Below, in pieces: positions 17,717-28,300 of a stretch of 64,000 bases of DNA. Position 1 is the first letter of the stretch. Each line of letters opens with the position of its first letter. Where the stretch lies: assembly GCA_965116325.1 (NCBI GenBank), contig OZ220675.1, positions 513,457-577,456 on the forward strand, in the 5' to 3' direction. The DNA comes from Dehalococcoidia bacterium. GTDB taxonomy: Bacteria > Chloroflexota > Dehalococcoidia > Lucifugimonadales > JAGWBF01. The notes beneath the pieces are model-generated. The model did not search any database and was not told where the DNA came from. It was given only the letters and a program-made list of their open reading frames with translations. A program made the translations under genes and the position numbers.

Positions 17717-18481
17717 TTGTCTAATATACGACCTGCATCCAAGCTGGACGGGCAGATTGCCCTGGTCACCGGCGCTTCCCGGGGCATCGGAGAGGTCATT
17801 GCCCTGCGACTTGCTGAGGCAGGCGCGAACGTAGCCGTCAGCTACCACACCGGCGCCGAGTCAGCCCACCGAGTCGTGGCGAGAATCTCCGAAGAACACA
17901 AGGAAGCTATTGCCATAGGAGGCGACGTATCCCAGGAAGAGGACGCAAAGCACCTGGTGAGCCAGGTGGTGGACCACTGGGGCAGGATCGATATCCTGGT
18001 CAACAACGCGGGCATAACTCGGGACAAGCTCCTGATGCGAATGTCCGCCGAGGACTGGGATGAGGTGCTGAATATCAATCTGCGGGGCGCTTTTCTGTGC
18101 ACCCGCTACGCCATCCCCCACATGGTGAAGCAGCGGTATGGCAGGGTGGTCAACACATCTTCCATCGTCGGCTTGTCGGGCAATCCCGGCCAAGCCAACT
18201 ACGCAGCATCCAAGGCCGGACTCATCGGGTTCACCAAGGCAACAGCTCGCGAGGTCGCCTCACGCAACATCACCGTCAACGCGGTGGCGCCTGGCTACAT
18301 CACCACCAGCATGGTGGAGCACATGCCGCAAGACCTGCAGAAGAACATCCTGGAAAGGATTCCCATGGGACGCTTCGGCACCCCTGGGGATGTGGCCGAG
18401 ACGGTTGTGTTCCTGTGCACCGAAGCCGCCGGCTATATCACAGGCCAAGCCATCAGCATCGACGGAGGTCTGGCGGTCTAG
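17717..18481 (+). CDS. fabG: 3-oxoacyl-ACP reductase FabG (classical SDR)
   Basis: Blocks ALVTGASRGIG, NNAG and YAASKAG are present, with the C-terminal ITGQAISIDGG. The TTG start is uncertain. It lies directly downstream of plsX. Confidence 0.88.
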   Translation: MSNIRPASKLDGQIALVTGASRGIGEVIALRLAEAGANVAVSYHTGAESAHRVVARISEEHKEAIAIGGDVSQEEDAKHLVSQVVDHWGRIDILVNNAGITRDKLLMRMSAEDWDEVLNINLRGAFLCTRYAIPHMVKQRYGRVVNTSSIVGLSGNPGQANYAASKAGLIGFTKATAREVASRNITVNAVAPGYITTSMVEHMPQDLQKNILERIPMGRFGTPGDVAETVVFLCTEAAGYITGQAISIDGGLAV

Positions 18482-18502
18482 GCCCGCCGAGAGGAAAGAG
18501 CC

Positions 18503-19177
18503 ATGGAAGCTACCCGCCACGAGGGCGAGACTCTGCGGTACATCGAGATTCACCCCAACGGGTACGAACCGGGCGCGGAATATCCCCTGGTGGTCTTGCT
18601 GCACGGCTTCGGGGCCAACATGGCGGACCTGGCCAGCCTGGCTCCCGCCATCGACCAAGAGAACTACATCTACGTCTGCCCCAACGCGCCCATACCCTTC
18701 GATCTGGGCGGGGGTGCGGTCGGCTACGGCTGGATGCCCCCCAGGGGCACTGCCACGCCTGACGACATCCGGAAGGCCGAGGACGGTCTGGAAGCCTTTT
18801 TCGGGGAAGTGCTGGAGAAGTACCCCACGCCGCCGGGCAAGATCATCCTGGGTGGATTCTCCCAGGGAGGGGGCATGACCTACCGGTGCGGCTTGGCCAA
18901 GCCGGAAACTTTCGCTGGATTGGCGGTCCTCAGCGGCTTCTTGCCCAACCCTGAGGACCTGCGCCCCAAGCTCCCGACCGCCAGGACTCAGCCCATATTT
19001 ATCGCTCATGGTGTCTACGACGATCTGGCGCCTCTGGAGGCCGCCCAGAAGGCGCGAGACTTCCTGGAAGGCGCCGGCTATGCTCCCGCCTACAAGGAGT
19101 ACCCCATTCGGCACGAAATCAGCCCCGACGTTGTGGCAGACCTGACCTCATGGATGCGCGATACGTTGTCGGACTAG
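18503..19177 (+). CDS. phospholipase/carboxylesterase family alpha/beta hydrolase
   Basis: 224 aa. Blocks LLHGFGAN, the nucleophile elbow GFSQGG, and AHGVYDD...H are present. Confidence 0.85.
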   Translation: MEATRHEGETLRYIEIHPNGYEPGAEYPLVVLLHGFGANMADLASLAPAIDQENYIYVCPNAPIPFDLGGGAVGYGWMPPRGTATPDDIRKAEDGLEAFFGEVLEKYPTPPGKIILGGFSQGGGMTYRCGLAKPETFAGLAVLSGFLPNPEDLRPKLPTARTQPIFIAHGVYDDLAPLEAAQKARDFLEGAGYAPAYKEYPIRHEISPDVVADLTSWMRDTLSD

Positions 19178-19210
19178 GGACCGCCGCCATAAGGAGAGGG
19201 TCTCCCCTAT

Positions 19211-19633
19211 TTATGGACGTAAGGTCCAGGATATGACGCGGCTGGGGACCATTTCGATGATAACGCCGTCGTCGTTTCCCATCAGCTCTTCGGCAAAGGC
19301 CCTACCCCTTTCCTCACCCTTGTAACGAACGCATATGGAAGTGAGGGCTGCTTTTCGATTCGATGTGGTGACCTGGGCCTCGCCGTAGAACAGCACGTAG
19401 CTATAGGGTTCGCTGGGCGTTGCGATGGAGACACTTACTCGGGCGTCGCGCCGAATGTTGTGGACCTTGGCCGCCCTTTCGTTGGTGGTGATGAATAACT
19501 TGCTGTCCTTGTACTCATACCACACGGGGGCTACCTGGGGAGAGCCGTCCTTCCGCACAGTAGCAAGCGTAGCTAGCTGGGTGCCATCCAGCAGACTCTG
19601 AATCTCTTCAGGGGTCATCACACGATCAGCCAT
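19211..19633 (-). CDS. pyridoxamine 5'-phosphate oxidase-fold (split-barrel, FMN/F420-type) protein
   Basis: 140 aa. The pattern LATLATVRKDGSPQVAPVWYEY...LFITT....AKVHNIRRDARVSVSI is present. Confidence 0.8.
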   Translation of the reverse strand: MADRVMTPEEIQSLLDGTQLATLATVRKDGSPQVAPVWYEYKDSKLFITTNERAAKVHNIRRDARVSVSIATPSEPYSYVLFYGEAQVTTSNRKAALTSICVRYKGEERGRAFAEELMGNDDGVIIEMVPSRVISWTLRP

Positions 19634-19707
19634 CTATTTCACCACCTATCCGACGGGGAGTATCTGCAGCCAAGCATATTGACCCATTCACCAGCGAACA
19701 AGGCGGT

Positions 19708-20163
19708 CTACCCACCCTTCTTTGTCTTCTTGCGGGATTCTTCGTAGATTTCGATCCACTCGGCAGGCGTAGTCTTGGCGATGGCTTGCCCAATGACATC
19801 CATGGGCAGGTCGTCCAGCTTCTTGAAGCGCACGCACGACTTCCCCATGTTCAGCTTCTTGCCCCTCGCATTGAACTCCTCGGTGAACCATCTATGGGTT
19901 TCGGGGTCTCCATAGATGTTCATCAGGTACAGGGACATGTAGTTCTTCTGCAAGGCCAGGGCAGCGTACATCAGGGGATGGCCATTGTAGGTCTTGGGAT
20001 ACTTGTCCAGGGGCACCACGTAGGCGATCATGCCGAAGTCCATCTCCTCCGCGTACCCTTCAGGCAGATGGGCAAGGATAAGGTCCCGCAGGGAGGCGAT
20101 AGCACTGCGCCTCTCCTCGGGCATCCCCGCAATGTACTCCTCGACGCTCCCAGATTCCGCCAT
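19708..20163 (-). CDS. DUF1801 domain protein
   Basis: I prefer ATG 20163 (MAESGSVEEYIAGMPEERR...), a typical DUF1801 N-terminus. The track ORF extends to 20232. Confidence 0.7.
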   Translation of the reverse strand: MAESGSVEEYIAGMPEERRSAIASLRDLILAHLPEGYAEEMDFGMIAYVVPLDKYPKTYNGHPLMYAALALQKNYMSLYLMNIYGDPETHRWFTEEFNARGKKLNMGKSCVRFKKLDDLPMDVIGQAIAKTTPAEWIEIYEESRKKTKKGG

Positions 20164-20287
20164 ATCTATTCTCCCTTTCCCTTGGACCTGGTGCCCCGTC
20201 TGAAGAGCATGACCAGGCTGGTCGAACACCATTATATCTTGTGGGCGCAGTCTCCACGATGAATTTCAAGGTCGGCGCCCCCTTTGA

Positions 20288-22207
20288 ATGCGTCCCACCA
20301 GCAGCTTCGTTTGTGGTATGGTGTACTGCAAATCTGCGACGGAAGACTGCGCCACGGTTACAGCATCTCAAAACCCCAAATATGAGGGGCATGAGAAGGC
20401 CCCCATATTCACCTCCCTGGGTCTGGGCGCCCAATTCACCCTGATGGCTACGGCCACCCTCATGGTAACCCCGGTTATCGTAGCCAACGAGTCGGGTCAG
20501 GACGAGTCATACCTCACATGGATGGTCTTTGCATCTCTGCTGGTCGTGGGAGTTTCCACACTGCTCCAGGTGCGCCGCCTGGGCCCGGTGGGGGCTGGGG
20601 CTGTCCTCCCCATGTTCACCGCAGCCGTCTCCATTCCCTTCTGCATCACGGCCGTCGTCGACGGAGGGCCGGCCACGCTGACCACCCTTGTGCTGCTGGC
20701 GGCCATGGCCCAGCTGGTCATCTCCAAGTGGCTGGTGATCCTGCGTCGCATAGTGACGCCCACTGTCAGCGGCATAGTATTGATGATCCTATCCATCACC
20801 CTGGCCTCGGTGGTCTTCCAGCTCCTAGACGATTCATCCCAGGAGGAGCCGACCGTGGCGCCCCTGACGGCCCTTGTCACGCTGGTGGTTATAGCCGCCC
20901 TGACCCTTAGAGGAGCGCCTTTGCTGCGATTGTGGGGGCCGGTCATCGGAATAGTGATCGGAACGTCGGTTGCCGCCGGGCTAGGAATCTACGATGCCAA
21001 CAGGATTTTGGATGCACCCTGGATAGGAGTCCCCTCTTCCGCGCCCGGGTTGGGACTGGACTTCGGCATCGCTTTCTGGACCCTGGTGCCGTCCTTCCTG
21101 TTCCTTGGGGTGATCTTCTCCATCCAAGCTAACGGAGAGGCCATCGCCATCCAAAGAGCATCCCAGCGAGAGAACCGGGCCATCGATTTCCGCCAGGTGC
21201 AGGGCGCCCTGGCGGGCGGAGGGGCAAGTAATCTTATGGCCGGCCTTGCGGGCACAGTGCCCAACATCGTCAACTCCGGAATAGTGGCCTTCGTGCGCAC
21301 CACCGGCGTCGCCTCCCACCGGGTCGGGTACTGCGCCGCCCTCATCTTCATTGCCATGGCCTTCCTTCCCAAGGTCTCAGCTTTTTTCAGCACGATCCCG
21401 GGGCCCGTCATGACAGGGTACCTTCTGCTGGTCACGGGCATCCTGATCGTGGATGGCGCCAGGACCATCATCCAGAATGAACCCAACCGGGAAAAGGTCG
21501 TGGTGGCCGGGATATGCTTCTGGATCGGCGCCGCCTTCCAATTTAAGCTGTTCGCCCTTCCCGACCTGGGTCCGGTGGTTGACGGGCTCTTCAAGAGCGG
21601 GATCACCACCGGGGGCTTTGCAGCCGTCGCCATGATCCTGTACCTGGAGCTGACCAATCCCAGGCGGATGCGCTTCCAGTCCCGCCTGCACATAGATTCC
21701 CTGCCCGATCTCAACGAGTTCATCACCAAGTTCGCCAACAGCAGGGGGTGGGGCCAGCCCATGAAGGACAGGCTGAGCGCGGTGGCTGAGGAGACTCTGC
21801 TCACCCTGGCGCCCCTGGAACTGGAGGGTCTGTCCTTGGAGGACTTCACCCTGGAGCCGGAAGACCCGGAAAAGGAGCAGGAAGAGCAAGGGGAGCTGGA
21901 GGAACAGGAGGAAGGCAGCCCTGCAGCGCAGCTGGATGAAGGTGACGCTCCTCCCGCGGAGGAACGCCGGCTGGTGGTGATCGCATCCAGCGAGGGCCCG
22001 GCCGCCGACCTGGAGTTCATCGGCGGGGCCAGCAACGAGGGTAACATCGAGGACCGCATCCGGCAGATGCAGCAGCACGACTCGGATGCACCGGAGGAGA
22101 ACGAGATGTCCCTCAGGCTGCTGCGGGGCTATGCATCATCGGTGCGCCACCAGCAGTACCACGGCACCGACATCATTACCGTCCGGGTGCTTCCCCCAGA
22201 CAGCTAG
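20288..22207 (+). CDS. NCS2 (xanthine/uracil permease) family transporter with a ~190-aa acidic C-terminal cytoplasmic extension
   Basis: 639 aa with about 12-14 hydrophobic helices and NCS2-like blocks (FTLMATATLMVTP, GEAIAIQRA, NSGIVAFVRTTGVASHRVG). The start is either 20288 or 20318; neither has a clear RBS. Confidence 0.8.
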   Translation: MRPTSSFVCGMVYCKSATEDCATVTASQNPKYEGHEKAPIFTSLGLGAQFTLMATATLMVTPVIVANESGQDESYLTWMVFASLLVVGVSTLLQVRRLGPVGAGAVLPMFTAAVSIPFCITAVVDGGPATLTTLVLLAAMAQLVISKWLVILRRIVTPTVSGIVLMILSITLASVVFQLLDDSSQEEPTVAPLTALVTLVVIAALTLRGAPLLRLWGPVIGIVIGTSVAAGLGIYDANRILDAPWIGVPSSAPGLGLDFGIAFWTLVPSFLFLGVIFSIQANGEAIAIQRASQRENRAIDFRQVQGALAGGGASNLMAGLAGTVPNIVNSGIVAFVRTTGVASHRVGYCAALIFIAMAFLPKVSAFFSTIPGPVMTGYLLLVTGILIVDGARTIIQNEPNREKVVVAGICFWIGAAFQFKLFALPDLGPVVDGLFKSGITTGGFAAVAMILYLELTNPRRMRFQSRLHIDSLPDLNEFITKFANSRGWGQPMKDRLSAVAEETLLTLAPLELEGLSLEDFTLEPEDPEKEQEEQGELEEQEEGSPAAQLDEGDAPPAEERRLVVIASSEGPAADLEFIGGASNEGNIEDRIRQMQQHDSDAPEENEMSLRLLRGYASSVRHQQYHGTDIITVRVLPPDS

Positions 22208-22326
22208 GAATTCCCCAGGACGGAGCCCTGGGACAGACATTGCTCCAGACGATGCTCACACTAATTTACTCCAACGAGGACCATTAGATGACCCATCATC
22301 TCTAGCTTTCCGGTTTATCGTAGGAG

Positions 22327-25300
22327 GTGCAGATTAGGGCCGGAGTAGATTCGCCGGGGTGGCAATTTTCCTTCACGGCGGCGACCCATTTAAGGGCATC
22401 AGGGATAGTCACGTCGGGGGCGCTGTTGGTTTTCCTAGCCGCGCTATTATACGGAAGCGTTAAACCACCGCCTACGTCAGCGATACATGTCCAGACCCCC
22501 GCATTTCAGACCGCCTCCGGGGACCTCATTGACTACGACACTGATAATGACGGCCTCATCGAGGTGGCCAGCCTGACCATGCTCAACGCCATCCGCTGGG
22601 ACCTGGACGGCAACGGCGAATCGACCCACTCCGGCTACTCATCGGCTTTCCCCACACCCCAGTCGGGCATGGGCTGCCCAACCACCGGCTGCTCGGGCTA
22701 TGAGCTCACGACGGACCTGGACTTCGACACCAACGACGATGGCGTAGTCGATTCCAGCGATGACTGGTGGGACTCGGGCTCGGGATGGCTGCCCGTCGGG
22801 GACGGAAGCAGCGACACCGACTCCACCCGGTTCAATTCCACCTTCGACGGCAACGGGCACACTATATCCAACCTGCTAATCCAACGCAGTTCGTCCTTGG
22901 TTGGCCTTTTCGGTTCAGTAGGCTCATCATCTCATATCCGAGGGCTGGGCCTGACCGATGTATCTGTCTCGGGCCATTCCAGCGTGGGGGGCATTTCGGG
23001 CTACAGTGCTGGAAAGATAGAGGCCTGCTACTCCGCCGGCGCCGTAAGGGGCACAGGCAACCAGGTGGGCGGGTTGGTGGGGCACAGCGAGGGCAGCATC
23101 GTCGCTAGCTACAGCAGCACCGATGTGGTAGGGAATGGCAGAAGCAGCTCTATCGTAGGTGGCCTTGCGGGCGTAGCCAGCGCGGGAGCCGGGATCAAGG
23201 CCAGCTACTCCACAGGGAGTGTTTCGGCCTCTGGAAGGGAGAGCATCCAGGTCGGCGGGCTGGTGGGCGTCAGCCGGGTCGATGTTGTCGCTAGCTACTC
23301 AACTTCAGCAGTTTCCGCAGCGGCCTATGTTGGCGGCCTTGTCGGAGAAAAAGGCAGCGGCACGATCACCAACAGCTACTGGGATACTCAGACCTCAGGG
23401 CGTTCGGTGGGGGTCGGTTCCGACGATCTGGATTTCAACGGCACCCTCGACCCCGGGGAAACTGCGACATCGGGGGTCACCGGCAAGACGACAACGGAGA
23501 TGCGGTCCCCCACCGGCTACGCGGGCATCTACAGCGGCTGGAACATCAGCACCGACGACGACTCGACCACCGACGACCCTTGGGACTTCGGTGCGGACTA
23601 CAACTACCCTGTGTTGAGCGTGGACTTTGACGGCGATTCCGAGACCGCCGCCAACTGGCGGGACTTCGGTCTGCAGCGGGAGCCGGGCCCCGTGGGCGAA
23701 CTGGCGGAGACCCTGAACGATGATGGGACCATTAAGGTGACTTGGGAGGCGCCTACAGACCTGGGGAGCGCCAGCACGGTCACCTACCAGTACCGTTCCA
23801 GCGTCGACGGCGGCACATCCTGGGACCCGAACTGGACAGCCACTACGGAATCGAGCTACACCTTCACCCCCGATCTGAACGCGGCATACGTGGTGGAAGT
23901 CAGGACCGTCAGCGGAGCGGCGCATCCCTTGGGCAAAGCCTCCCGCTTCACGACAACTGCAGTGACCCAGCGCCCGGGCCCCACCGATGCCACGTTAGCC
24001 ATCGTGGGAGATAGCGCATCGGTCGCCGAAGGATTATCCATAGGCATAAGCGTTACGCTGAACCGGCCAGCCCCCTCAGGCGGGGCATCGGTGCGCTGGT
24101 ACGTCGCCGATGGGACGACCTCGCCAGCAGGCTCGGCCACCGGTGATCTAGCGATAACGGAATCACTGGACAGCGAAAGCAGGTACAGGGCAGCAATAGC
24201 GTCCGGCGACAGTACAGCTACCATCAACATCCCCGCCAGCGATGATGCGAGGGTAGAACCAGACACCGAGCACGTGCTCTTCATTGTGGACAAGGTGGTG
24301 ATCGGCGAGGATGAGACCAAGAGCTTCAACCCCTCCAGCAACTCCGTAGAGTTCGGCATAAACGATACAGACACAATCAACCTGGCAATATCCGCCCAGG
24401 CCCAGGTACGGGAGGGGACAACCGGGGGCCCGGAGCCCGGATCATCGCAGATCACGGTCACCGCGACCGCCAACCCCGCAGCTACGCTGGACCGCAGCGT
24501 GCAAGTCCGGGTGGTGAGCGACGGAGGCACGGCCACGACGGGGACCGACTACACCGCCATCGACGAAACGGTTACCTTCAACTCCGGCACAGTCGTCGGC
24601 ATCGGCACGGGGGACAGCCCATCAGCGAGCGTCACGACTACAAATCCTCTCAGGCCACTAGCAGATTCTGTCACCGAGTCAGATGAGACCGTAGTCCTGA
24701 AGCTAGCCTCTCTCAGCACTGCTGAGCGGGCCTACGACTTAGGGACCACTCCTCCGTCCACAACTGTCACCATTCTCGACGACGACGACGACGCCAGAGT
24801 GATTTCTTCCTTCTCAATAGACAACACCAATCCCATGCCCGAGGACGGCGGTTCCCGCACTTTCACGGTAATCCTGAAGGAGGCAGCTAACTCGGCCCTT
24901 CGCATACCCGTCAAAGTGACACTGGATGGAGGAAGCACTGCCGGCAAGCTCGCCCTGTCCTGCATCCAGGAACAAGAGGCGTGCGTAAACATCGCCACCG
25001 GCGACACCTCCGGTACCCTGGTCATTTCCTCCACGGGCGATGACCTAGTAACCGGCACCCAGCCGGTAAAGGCCACGCTGAAGCCCCCTGCCGAAGTATC
25101 TCTCAAGGACGGAGTTAGTGCGACCATCAGTGTGGACCGCTTGGACGACGACCACCTAACTGCCACTTTGGCTCGCTCGTCCTACTCAGTCGATGAAGGG
25201 AATAGCATCCAGGTCACTGTAGAGGTTACGGCCCAGGACAAAAATCTGGCTCGCGTAGCTTCGCTGCAGCTCCAGACCTCAGCCAGCAACCCTGAGTCTG

Positions 25301-28300
25301 CGGGCACGGGCGACTACACAGCCCTGGACCGCACCATTCAGCTTCAGACCGGCGACTACACCACTTCCGGAATGTCGTTCAATGTTTCCATCAATACAAA
25401 TGAGGACGATCTGGCGGAAATAGATGAAGCTTTTGAAGTTACCTTGCGCACCGGAGACAGCTTGGTGAGGCTATCGGGGCAGACCACCTCCGCCACGATC
25501 ACGATACTCGACGATGACAGGGCTACCTCAGTCAGCGGGCTTACCAGTAATACAGGAAGCCTGGATGAAGACGCCGAGGAGACTGCCACCATCACGATCG
25601 CCCTGGACGGCGACGCAGTGTCGGCAGCAACTTTCGGCTGGGTTGTGAGCGGACAGGGGATCGACACAGGCGACTTCACCCTGGCCGCTGGGACCGACAC
25701 CACACTGACTACAACCGGCGACGGGTTGCGCGGGACCGTCACTGTGGGTGCTGGAAGAAGCTCGGGTCTTCTAACAATCGACGCGATGGACGATTCAGCA
25801 GACCCTACACCGGAGTCCGAGACTCTGACCTTCACCCTCAGCAGTGTTCCAAACGGACTGGGTGTCCCGGACAACACATCGGTAAGCGTCTCTATCACCG
25901 ACAACGATCCGATAGCTATCTCCGGCAGCGCATCGCTGTCCCTACGGCATGGAGATCCTCAACGTGACGAACCCTCCTCCGTTGTATCGGAGGGGGACGT
26001 GGTACGGGCTCGGGTGTCCCTGAGCGAACGCCTGCCGGTGGACGTCCAGGTGCCTCTTACCCTGCCCGATGGCAACGACATCACGGGCGACCTTGCCGGC
26101 AAAACCCAGACTACGCCAATCGTTGTTATTGCTTCCGGAGATACTACCGGAACGGTCTCATTCCTGGCACAACTCGACCAAGTGGACGAAAACGACGAGA
26201 CGCTCACCATAGGCTTAGGCACTCCAACATACGACACCACAAGGCCGGTGTCCGGCAGCCTCGCAATCGAAGGAACGGGTGACCTGCAAATCAACGATGT
26301 GCTGGTGTCATTTCAGACTCGAAACGTGACAGCTGGGGGTGGGAGGCAGAAGCTGCGCACCATGACCATCGATACAGGTCGCAACCTCGCCAATGGGGAC
26401 GATAACGAGGTGGAGGTAACATTCATCGTTTCAAGCGGCGATTATGAAGTAGCCTGGCGCATACAAGGGCAGGCCGCCGACTTAACAGACAAACTTAGCA
26501 TGGACGGGACGCGGACGATAACCCTGACCACTGGGGACATATCCAGCAGGACGATACTCCTGGACCTGTACGTGACCCCCCAGCCTGGCGCCTCAGACCC
26601 CTTCGAGCCAGCCATTTCCATCACCAGCGTTAGGATCCATGAAGGCCAACGCTCAAAGGAGTTGGTCCCTACAGCAGTAGCCCCGAACCGGGCCCCCGGC
26701 ACCCCTTGGCTTTCAGCGCAAACGGCAACGGAGGACCAGCTCTTCACCTATCAGTTCGCCGAGGTCGTCGATCCCGATGGCGACATGGTCACATACACAG
26801 CCAGCTCAGGCGACATGAACAGCTTGCCAATCTGGCTGACCTTCGACACCGCCTCGCGGACCTTTTCCGGTACACCACTGGAAGCAGACACACCTGCCAG
26901 CCATACCATACGCGTTACGGTGCGGGACGCCTCCCTTTCGACATTCGCCACCTTTGCACTAAGCGTGCTAGAGGTGAACGATCCACCAAGCGCCCTTTCC
27001 CTGACTGACCAGTTCGCTGAAGCGGGCGAGATGTTCAGCTACACCTTTCCAGCCATGAGTGACCCAGAGGGAAGTGCGGTCACCTATTCGGCTGAGCTGG
27101 AAGACGGCAGCTCCCTTCCAACCTGGCTGACCTTCAACGCGTCAAGCCGTACATTCAGCGGCACTCCTGGGGAGTCCGACTCGGGCACACTGACCATCAA
27201 GGTTACAGCCAGCGACGGGGCTATGCCCACGCCGGGGTTGTCCAGCTCCACTTTCATGCTGACAGTGGGGACTCTTATTGACTATGACACCGATGATGAC
27301 GGCCTCATCGAGGTGGCCAGCCTTTCCATGCTGAGCGCTGTCCGATGGGACCTGGACGGCGACGGCGCCTCAGCAAACTCGGACTACTTGTCGGCTTTCC
27401 CCACACCCCAATCGGGCATGGGCTGTCCCGTGACCGGCTGTTCGGGGTACGAGCTGACCACAGACCTGGACTTCGACACCAACAAAGATGGGACCATCGG
27501 CTCCGGAGATGACTGGTGGGACTCGGGCTCCGGCTGGCTGCCTATCGGGGACGGAAGCAGCGACAGCGATGCAACCCGGTTCAACGCCACCTTCAACGGC
27601 AACGGCCACACCATATCCAACCTGTTCATCCAGCGTACCATCCCCCTGGTCGGGCTCTTCGGTTCCACCGGCTCCTTGGCCGACATACACAACCTCGCCT
27701 TGAAGGATGTCAATGTGAGCGGCCAGACCGGTGTTGGGGGACTCGTGGGCGAAAACCAGGGAAAGGTGTCCATTACGTACACCACGGGCCGGGTGTCCGC
27801 CTCCAGGAGCTATGCCGGGGGGCTGGTGGGCTGGAACAACGGAGGCAGCATCGCGGGGAGCTACTCCTCTTCCACCATGTCCGGCGACACCCAGGTAGGC
27901 GGGCTGGTCGGGCTACATGGCAGCGGCTCTATGGTCGCCTGCTATTCCACCGGAAGCGTTTCCAGCGCCGGGGGACAGGCTGGTGGGCTGGTCGGAGAGA
28001 ACCGGAGCAGCATCACCGCCTGCTACTCCACCGGCGCCGTTGCCGGCCCTGTCCTCGTAGGCGGCCTCATCGGGACCGACCAAGCCGGCACTATTTCCAA
28101 CAGCTATTGGAACGAGGAGACTTCGGGAATCAGTGTCGGCGTAGGTTCCGACGACACTGACGGCAGTGGGACCGTAGAGGCCACAGAACCGGCGACCTCA
28201 GGGGTGACGGGAAGAACGGATGCCTCGCTGCGGGCGCCTACAGCCTATGCCGGCCTGTACAGCGGCTGGAACGTCAGCATCGACGAAGATGCGGTCGCCG

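Noticed and set aside
20164-20330. Possible purine, xanthine or other riboswitch upstream of the NCS2 permease. A CACCAT...ATGGTG pairing encloses about 95 nt and begins with a UAUA-containing junction.
   Set aside because: The internal sequence does not reproduce the purine-riboswitch core as I remember it (the J2/3 UUUCUACC and the loop-loop motifs), and it is about 25 nt too long. The region also overlaps the possible coding start. I leave it as an unscored curiosity, to be tested with Rfam/Infernal.
20989-22078. 356-aa and 233-aa minus-strand ORFs inside the NCS2 permease gene.
   Set aside because: They are antisense to a polytopic transporter with NCS2 blocks. The products are Ser/Arg/Pro-rich low-complexity sequence.
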